Source of the DNA: an uncultured Actinomycetota bacterium
Lineage (GTDB): Bacteria > Actinomycetota > Actinomycetes > JBEVHX01
Length of the DNA stretch: 64,000 nt
Assembly: GCA_963836025.1 (NCBI GenBank)
Contig: CAWIIE010000014.1
Location: 105,493 to 169,492 of the forward strand
Direction of reading: 5' to 3'
Shown one piece after another: positions 58,865-64,000 of the stretch (position 1 is its first letter; each line of letters begins with the position of its first letter). The translations under genes were made by a program, and so were the position numbers. The notes beneath the pieces are model-generated. The model was given only the letters and a program-made list of their open reading frames with translations, searched no databases and was not told the origin of the DNA.

Positions 58865-59144
58865 ATGTCCATTGATCCCTCACCCGCGTTCTACGAGTTC
58901 GATCGACGTTGCCGAGCCCGGCTCGCTGCTCGTCGGGGACCAGCGCTTCGCGCTCGTTCCCGACTGGGTCATCAGCGCTGAGTTGTCCGACGCCAGCTTC
59001 CGTGTCTACTCCTTGCTGCTGCACTTCGGCAACGTGTCCGGTTGCCGGATGCTGGCACGGCGCACGTACTGCCTGCTCTGGGTGCTTTCCTGCGTGGTTC
59101 GAGTGATCGCGGCATGCCCGAACGGGTCGCCGGAGTCGACGTGA
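58865..59144 (+). pseudogene. decayed wHTH gene (element replication/regulatory type), frameshifted
   Basis: FALVPDWVISAELSDASFRVYSLLLHFGN (pattern typical of HTH proteins of integrative elements), then frame breaks; stop overlaps the MobC-like GTG. Confidence 0.4.
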
Positions 59145-59542
59145 GCGGTCGGGAGCGACGCGGTGCGGACCGAGTTCATCGTTCGCCGAGACGGCGCCGA
59201 GCCGTACTCGTGCGCCTGGGCGACGAGGAGTATGCGGCGATCGCCGCAGCGGCCGAACTGGGTGGTTTGACCGTGGCCGGGTACACGGCCGAGAGCGCGC
59301 TTTCACAGGCTCACGGTTGCGCCACCCGAAACAGCGACCCGCTACGAATGGCTCTCAAAGAACTCATCGACGCTCGGACACAGGTCCGCAAGTACTCCAA
59401 CGCGCTGCGCCGAGCGTTCGAGGAAACCGGCACCGCCGGCGAAGGCGGTCTCGTGATGGCGGACCTCATCAACAGCACAAGCATCACGGTCAACCGCATG
59501 GACGAGGCCGTCGCCAGTGGTCGTGCACTCGTTGAGGCTTGA
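59141..59542 (+). CDS. MobC-like ribbon-helix-helix protein
   Basis: GTG 59141; RRRRAVLVRLGDEEYAAIAAAAELGGLTVAGYTAESAL followed by a helical C-terminus. Confidence 0.65.
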   Translation: MSGRERRGADRVHRSPRRRRAVLVRLGDEEYAAIAAAAELGGLTVAGYTAESALSQAHGCATRNSDPLRMALKELIDARTQVRKYSNALRRAFEETGTAGEGGLVMADLINSTSITVNRMDEAVASGRALVEA

Positions 59543-59657
59543 TCGCTGAACCTGGAAGCTCCGCTGCCCGCCCGCACCTGCTTCGCCGTGGGCGAGCTCC
59601 CGTTCGGGGCGAGAGCTGAATTGGACGCATCGCCTACGCACCAAGCGCAACATCCTC

Positions 59658-60248
59658 ATGAGGCTCCACGTCCTGAGCACCGGTGGGTCGATCGACAAGC
59701 TCTGCACGATCGCCGGACAACTGGAAGTCGGCCCGCAGACTGCTTCAACGATCCTCGAGCAGGCCGCGGTCACCTTCGAGGACTCCGTGGAATCAGTCTT
59801 TGCCAAGGACAGCCGGACATCCACGAGACCGACCGAGGACTCATTCGCGAGCGCGTGCGGTCCTGCACCACCGGCCATGTGCTCATCACGCATGGAAGCG
59901 ACTCAGCGGTTCGAGACGGCCCAACATCTTCAAGGCATCGACGACAAAGTCGTCGTCCGCACCGGAGCCATGCAGCCCAGCCGCATGCGCGACACCCACG
60001 CTTACGTCAACGTCGGCGTGGCCGTCGGTGCCCTGCAATGCCTGCCGCCTGGCGTGTACATCGCTGTGAACGGGCGAGTCTTTGATGTGATGAACTCTCC
60101 AAGAACAGATCACCTGGTCGCTTCGAAAGCACAACTGCGTCTTGGCCGACCCAGACCAGCAGATCGATTCGCGACACGCTCGTTGGCTGATAGCGCGCAG
60201 CCTGACACCCAAACCCCAGTTCATCGCGGACGTGGTTGGAACTGCTAA
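59658..60248 (+). pseudogene. short asparaginase-like protein with about two frameshifts
   Basis: LHVLSTGGSIDK (TGG[ST]I motif), GHVLITHGSDS in a second frame, VVVRTGAMQP and YIAVNGRVF back in the first. Confidence 0.55.
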
Positions 60249-60321
60249 TCGGCTAGCCAGTCGGCTAACGGCTGTGACGCCGTCGCTTGTCGCCGCGGGT
60301 GGTCTCGGGGTTGGCTCGTTC

Positions 60322-60374
60322 CGCGCGGTTAGCGCGCCATCCGTGTCGCCCGGCTCGTTCGGGCGCCGGACAGC
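60322..60374. repeat. 53-nt direct repeat E, copy 2
   Basis: See 58772-58824. Confidence 0.7.
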
Positions 60375-60408
60375 AGAAGGGCCGCTCCTGCTGGAGCGGC
60401 CCTTCTGC
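60373..60408. terminator. 16-bp perfect hairpin, likely terminator for the minus-strand gene ending at 60423 (possibly bidirectional)
   Basis: GCAGAAGGGCCGCTCC-TGCT-GGAGCGGCCCTTCTGC; no U-tract. Confidence 0.55.
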
Positions 60409-60422
60409 GTGGTTGCTTCGGA

Positions 60423-60887
60423 TCAGCCGATGACCCGGACCCAGCGGGTCAGATTCACCTCCAACACCTCTTCGCCGTGGGACAGGCAGAACTGGAGCCA
60501 AGCTTGGCCTCGCTCAAGCTGCCCGATGCCGTACTCAAAGGTGCCGATGGTGAAGGTGTCGATCTGCCACCGCCCGTTGCAGGTGAAATTGGTGGGATGG
60601 CTCTGCCACCAACCACCGGCGGTCTGGGCCACCACGGCGCTGCTTCCGGGCTGTTGGAGGCGGGGGTCACGGCTGCGGTCGCCCACCTGCTTGGCCGAGA
60701 CGAACAGGTGCTCGCCCTCCTGGCAGTTATAGAGGGCCGTCACCCTGGCGGTGTCCCCGGTGATGATCACCGGCCCGATGATGTGGGCCTGCGGCTGCAG
60801 GGAACCGTGCGCCGATGCCGGAGCCGCCAATCCAACGACCCCGAGGAAAACCGCCGCCGCAACAGCGACGGCACGGATCTTTCGCAT
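60423..60887 (-). CDS. secreted protein, unknown function
   Basis: Signal peptide MRKIRAVAVAAAVFLGVVGLAAPASA; four Cys; no recognised domain. Confidence 0.6.
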   Translation of the reverse strand: MRKIRAVAVAAAVFLGVVGLAAPASAHGSLQPQAHIIGPVIITGDTARVTALYNCQEGEHLFVSAKQVGDRSRDPRLQQPGSSAVVAQTAGGWWQSHPTNFTCNGRWQIDTFTIGTFEYGIGQLERGQAWLQFCLSHGEEVLEVNLTRWVRVIG

Positions 60888-61089
60888 GAATCATCCCCCC
60901 TGGATGTATTCCGGGTGTGCGTCCGCTCACCCGGGGCGGACAGTAACACCCGTGTCGACGGCTAAAGACGGCATGACAGGTCAGGTACAGCAACCTTCCG
61001 GGAGGGGCGCCACCGGCCATCAAGCCTCGCAATTTCAGGTCGCGAACCGTCACGTCGGCGTCTCGACGGCTCTCTCAAGGCCGCGCGCT

Positions 61090-61614
61090 CTACGACGAAA
61101 ACACCGCCTCGGCGCACGATGCGACCGCCGCTCTTGACTCCTCGAAACTCGAGATGGCTGCCGGGACGCAGCCGTCATTCGCGACTCCAGCCCGACCGAG
61201 CGTGCGCACGTGCGTGACCACCGCGACGATCGTCCCGGCGATCGCCAACGCCAGCAGAACCCGGATCATTAACGCCCAACCCTCGGTCACGTCGAATGGG
61301 AACAGCTGCCAGATCCGGACCTCGACGACCGAGCTGAACAACGTCGTGGCCAAGGCGCCCAGCGCCCCGAACCACACCCGCTCAATTGCAAGTGCGGCCA
61401 CGCTGATGACGATCCCGACCACCAACGATGTGTTGATCAGGCCAGCCTGGCCATGTCGTCGGACAGGAATGGCGCCACTTGCCAGCCCCGGCCAGATGTT
61501 CACCGCCCAGAGGGCGATCACGTTGGCCACCGCGCCCACGACGAAGTCGGCGCGTTGCCCAGTCCTGCTCCGTCGCTCCGCGGTGTCCAGGTGCTGACGG
61601 TCCAGTGCGGCCAC
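61090..61614 (-). CDS. membrane protein, unknown function
   Basis: Four hydrophobic spans (FVVGAVANVIALWAVNIW, LVVGIVISVAALAI, GALGALATTLFSSVV, LLALAIAGTIVAVV). Confidence 0.5.
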   Translation of the reverse strand: MAALDRQHLDTAERRSRTGQRADFVVGAVANVIALWAVNIWPGLASGAIPVRRHGQAGLINTSLVVGIVISVAALAIERVWFGALGALATTLFSSVVEVRIWQLFPFDVTEGWALMIRVLLALAIAGTIVAVVTHVRTLGRAGVANDGCVPAAISSFEESRAAVASCAEAVFSS

Positions 61615-61824
61615 ACTTCGACGCTAAGGACCGCACGCCGCAACAGTTAGGGACCAACGTCATCGCCGACCACGGCGAAGGTCCGGAACTCGCAGCAGTC
61701 ATTGCCGACAAACACTCTGGTCGGACACCGCACCAGATCGCGGCATGATCAACCGACCCAGCCCTACGGAGAAGCTGGGCGGGCCATGCTGCCTTTGTCG
61801 GCGAGTGACATGGGCTGCGAGGCC

Positions 61825-62329
61825 ATGGCGCTCGATGGACGTGTTCTGCGGCTCCGTGCGGCCCAGCCAACGGACGAGCAGCTGGCGCGCAGCGTCAACA
61901 GCCGGGTGAGCGGCCGCAGCATCTCCTGCGCTTCTTTGCCCCCGGACCGGCGGACCGCGGATCGCTACGCGCGGAGCTTGTCCTGCCGGCCGACGATGAC
62001 CGGTTCGCGTTGGTCGCGTTGCTCGGCGATGGGGCTATTGGGGTTGCTTGGCTACGAGTGGACCAGGCCGCAGAAGCCGAAGACGTTGCTGTGGAGAACA
62101 CGCAACACGGCAACGGGATGGGACGCCCCTGCTCGCGCACTTGGCGTCGCACGGAAGGCGGCATGGCATTCGAGATTTCGTGGCGATGGTGCTGCCCGAG
62201 AACGCTCGGATGCAGCGGGTCTTGGGACTCCGTCTTACTGACCAATTAGACGGTGAGCGCACTCTCAAGGTCATGGACCAGCGGAAGCGGCTCGCTGACG
62301 TCCGTCGGTCACACAGAGCGCGGTCGTGA
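61825..62329 (+). pseudogene. GNAT acetyltransferase (Pat-type C-terminal domain-like) with several frameshifts
   Basis: VLRLRAAQPTDEQ, FALVALLGDGAIGVAWLRVDQAAEAEDVAVE, LLAHLASHGRRHGIRDFVAMVLPENARMQRVL in three frames. Confidence 0.55.
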
Positions 62330-62568
62330 TCCAACGGCGGCCGAGTGCGCCCGCAGACCCACGTCCTCGGCACTCAGCCACCAGTCACCAACGTGCTCGA
62401 CCAGGCCGTCGCCCATATCACCCCACGGGTGTCCGCTGGCTCGCACCGGCGGCCCGTTCTCCTCCCGGACTGAGGGGGTCGACCGGCCCCCCAGGTCGTG
62501 ACTTCCGGCCCCCGCGATCGCCGGGTCGCGGCCGCAGACTCGTCGTGACCACGAGAGGCGGGATCACG

Positions 62569-63570
62569 ATGAACTTGACTCAGGCAGAGCTCGAAATCGC
62601 AGTGGGGGCGGCAATCGCGGCCCCGTCGGTGTTGAACATCCAGCCGTGGTTGTTCGAGTTCTCGGGCGATCGGATCGACGTCCGGCTCGACCGCCGCCGA
62701 AGGCTGCCGGCGCATGACCCGGACGACCGCGAGCTGTGCATCTCCTGCGGGGCTGCGTTGTTCAACCTGCGGCTCAGCCTGGCCGCCTTGGGAAAGGAAG
62801 TCAGCGTCACATTGACCGACGGCCAGGGCGACGGCGACCTTCTGGCCAGCGTGTACATCACCGGATCGGCCGTCGCAGCCGGGGAGGATCTGATCCTGTC
62901 TGACGCCATCCCGCGGCGACGGACCAGCCGGGTGCCGTTCTACGACACGCCGATCCCGGACGAGGTGCGAACCCGGCTGGTGGCCGCGGCCGCGACCGAG
63001 CATGCCCTGTTGCACTTCACCTCCGGATGGGCCCAGCAGGACCTGGTCCACCTGATCCACCAGGCCGACAGCGCGCACCGGTTCGACCCGGCGATCCGCG
63101 CCGAGCTCGGTAGGTGGGTCGGAATCGAAGCAGACGAGGGCTTGCCGTCGCGGGTCCTGGGGCCGAGGCCGAAGAACCCGACATCGGTGATGCGTGAGTT
63201 CGCCCCGGAGATCGGGTTCCGGCGCGAGGCCGGTGACTTCGAGAAGAACCCGGTGCTGGCGGTCCTTTCGACGCGCGGTGATGAGGTGCGGGACTGGGTG
63301 ATGGCCGGGCAGGCGTTGGAACGCGTGCTGTTGACCGCGACCGCGGACGGGCTGGCGACCTCGTTGAACAGCCAGCCGATCGAGGTGGCATCCCTGCGTT
63401 GGTTGACGCGGGACATGGCCGGCCCGATCTCGATGCCGCAGGCGGTGATCCGGCTCGGCTACGGTCCGCGTGGTCCGGCGTCGCCGCGTCGGCCGGTGCG
63501 TGACGTGCTGGTGATGCACGACCCTGTTCCTCACGACCCGCCGGCAGCAGGGGAGGTCGTGCGACATTGA
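62569..63570 (+). CDS. Acg family FMN-binding nitroreductase-like protein
   Basis: ATG 62569; AIAAPSVLNIQPWLFEF, IPRRRTSRVPF, two nitroreductase-like halves. Confidence 0.8.
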   Translation: MNLTQAELEIAVGAAIAAPSVLNIQPWLFEFSGDRIDVRLDRRRRLPAHDPDDRELCISCGAALFNLRLSLAALGKEVSVTLTDGQGDGDLLASVYITGSAVAAGEDLILSDAIPRRRTSRVPFYDTPIPDEVRTRLVAAAATEHALLHFTSGWAQQDLVHLIHQADSAHRFDPAIRAELGRWVGIEADEGLPSRVLGPRPKNPTSVMREFAPEIGFRREAGDFEKNPVLAVLSTRGDEVRDWVMAGQALERVLLTATADGLATSLNSQPIEVASLRWLTRDMAGPISMPQAVIRLGYGPRGPASPRRPVRDVLVMHDPVPHDPPAAGEVVRH

Positions 63571-63595
63571 GCCAGCGTCGGTTGGGAGGGCTCGG

Positions 63596-64000
63596 ATGAT
63601 GGACGAAACGGCCTCGTCGCTCGACCGGGTGTCCGCCTTGCTCGACGCGGTCGTGTCGGTCAGCAGCGATCTCGACCTGCCGAGCACGCTGACGCGGATC
63701 GTTCAGGCGGCGTGCCGCCTGGCGGGTGCCCGGTACGGCGCTCTCGGGGTGCTTTCACCGGACCGGACCAGGCTGAGCCAGTTCGTGACCGAGGGGGTGA
63801 GCGACGACCTGCGCGCCCGGCTCGGGCATCCGCCCGAGGGCCACGGCATTCTCGGCCTGCTCATCGACGATCCGCGGCCGGTGCGCCTGCATGACATCAC
63901 CGCGGACCCTCGGGCGTATGGCTTCCCGGCCGAGCACCCGCCGATGCGCAGCTTCCTCGGTGTGCCGGTCCGGACCCGAGACACCGTGTTCGGCAACCTG
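63596..64000 (+). CDS. GAF-domain sensor histidine kinase, DevS/DosT-like, N-terminal part (runs off window)
   Basis: Open frame to the window end; ARYGALGVL...FVTEGV...GHPPEGHGILGLLIDDPRPVRLHDI..DPRAYGFPAEHPPMRSFLGVPVRTRDTVFGNL. Confidence 0.8.
   Translation, partial: MMDETASSLDRVSALLDAVVSVSSDLDLPSTLTRIVQAACRLAGARYGALGVLSPDRTRLSQFVTEGVSDDLRARLGHPPEGHGILGLLIDDPRPVRLHDITADPRAYGFPAEHPPMRSFLGVPVRTRDTVFGNL

Overview
High-GC, Actinomycetota-like chromosomal segment, densely coding on both strands. All homology calls come from motif recognition by eye; no searches were run.

- **1-27 kb:** ordinary accessory genes, namely an ABC-2 exporter, lipase, VOC, GNAT, DHFR-like, SRPBCC, NIPSNAP, an APH(6)-like kinase, LuxR and an O-methyltransferase. 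It also holds a processive GT2 glycan-synthase locus with a BNR/Asp-box secreted protein and a PAP2 plus LPG-synthase-TM lipid module. A truncated-globin gene is partly duplicated around a 735-aa pseudo-PAP2/kinase membrane protein. A MerR unit has a 20-bp-spacer promoter.
- **27-35.5 kb:** gene graveyard with two tandem IS630-family copies, a decayed IS110, an IS3 orfA stub, an ALDH stub, and frameshifted nitrilase and pentapeptide genes.
- **35.5-42 kb:** a SARP-alpha/beta hydrolase fusion, an acyl-ACP desaturase and an MBL hydrolase.
- **42.2-60.4 kb:** island-like block marked by two direct copies of the 3' half of tRNA-Ala(GGC), anticodon loop to discriminator, 16.2 kb apart. It carries CorA, a five-gene signalling cluster, IS256, small regulator/enzyme pairs, a DUF433/DUF5615 pair and two decayed HTH-MobC modules. 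No integrase or relaxase is present.
- **Right end:** an Acg-type nitroreductase and a DevS/DosT-like GAF kinase that runs off the window.

**Most interesting observation:** two full-length paralogous histidine kinases carry reciprocal defects. One keeps the H-box His but has an eroded ATP-binding domain. The other has Ala at the His position but intact N/G1/G2 boxes. They flank a DctP-like lipoprotein, a lone receiver and a NarL-type regulator.

**Caveat:** many genes carry single frameshifts, and three are repaired by adding one base to a short homopolymer. Assembly error therefore cannot be separated from real pseudogenisation. No rRNA, intact tRNA or CRISPR array was seen.
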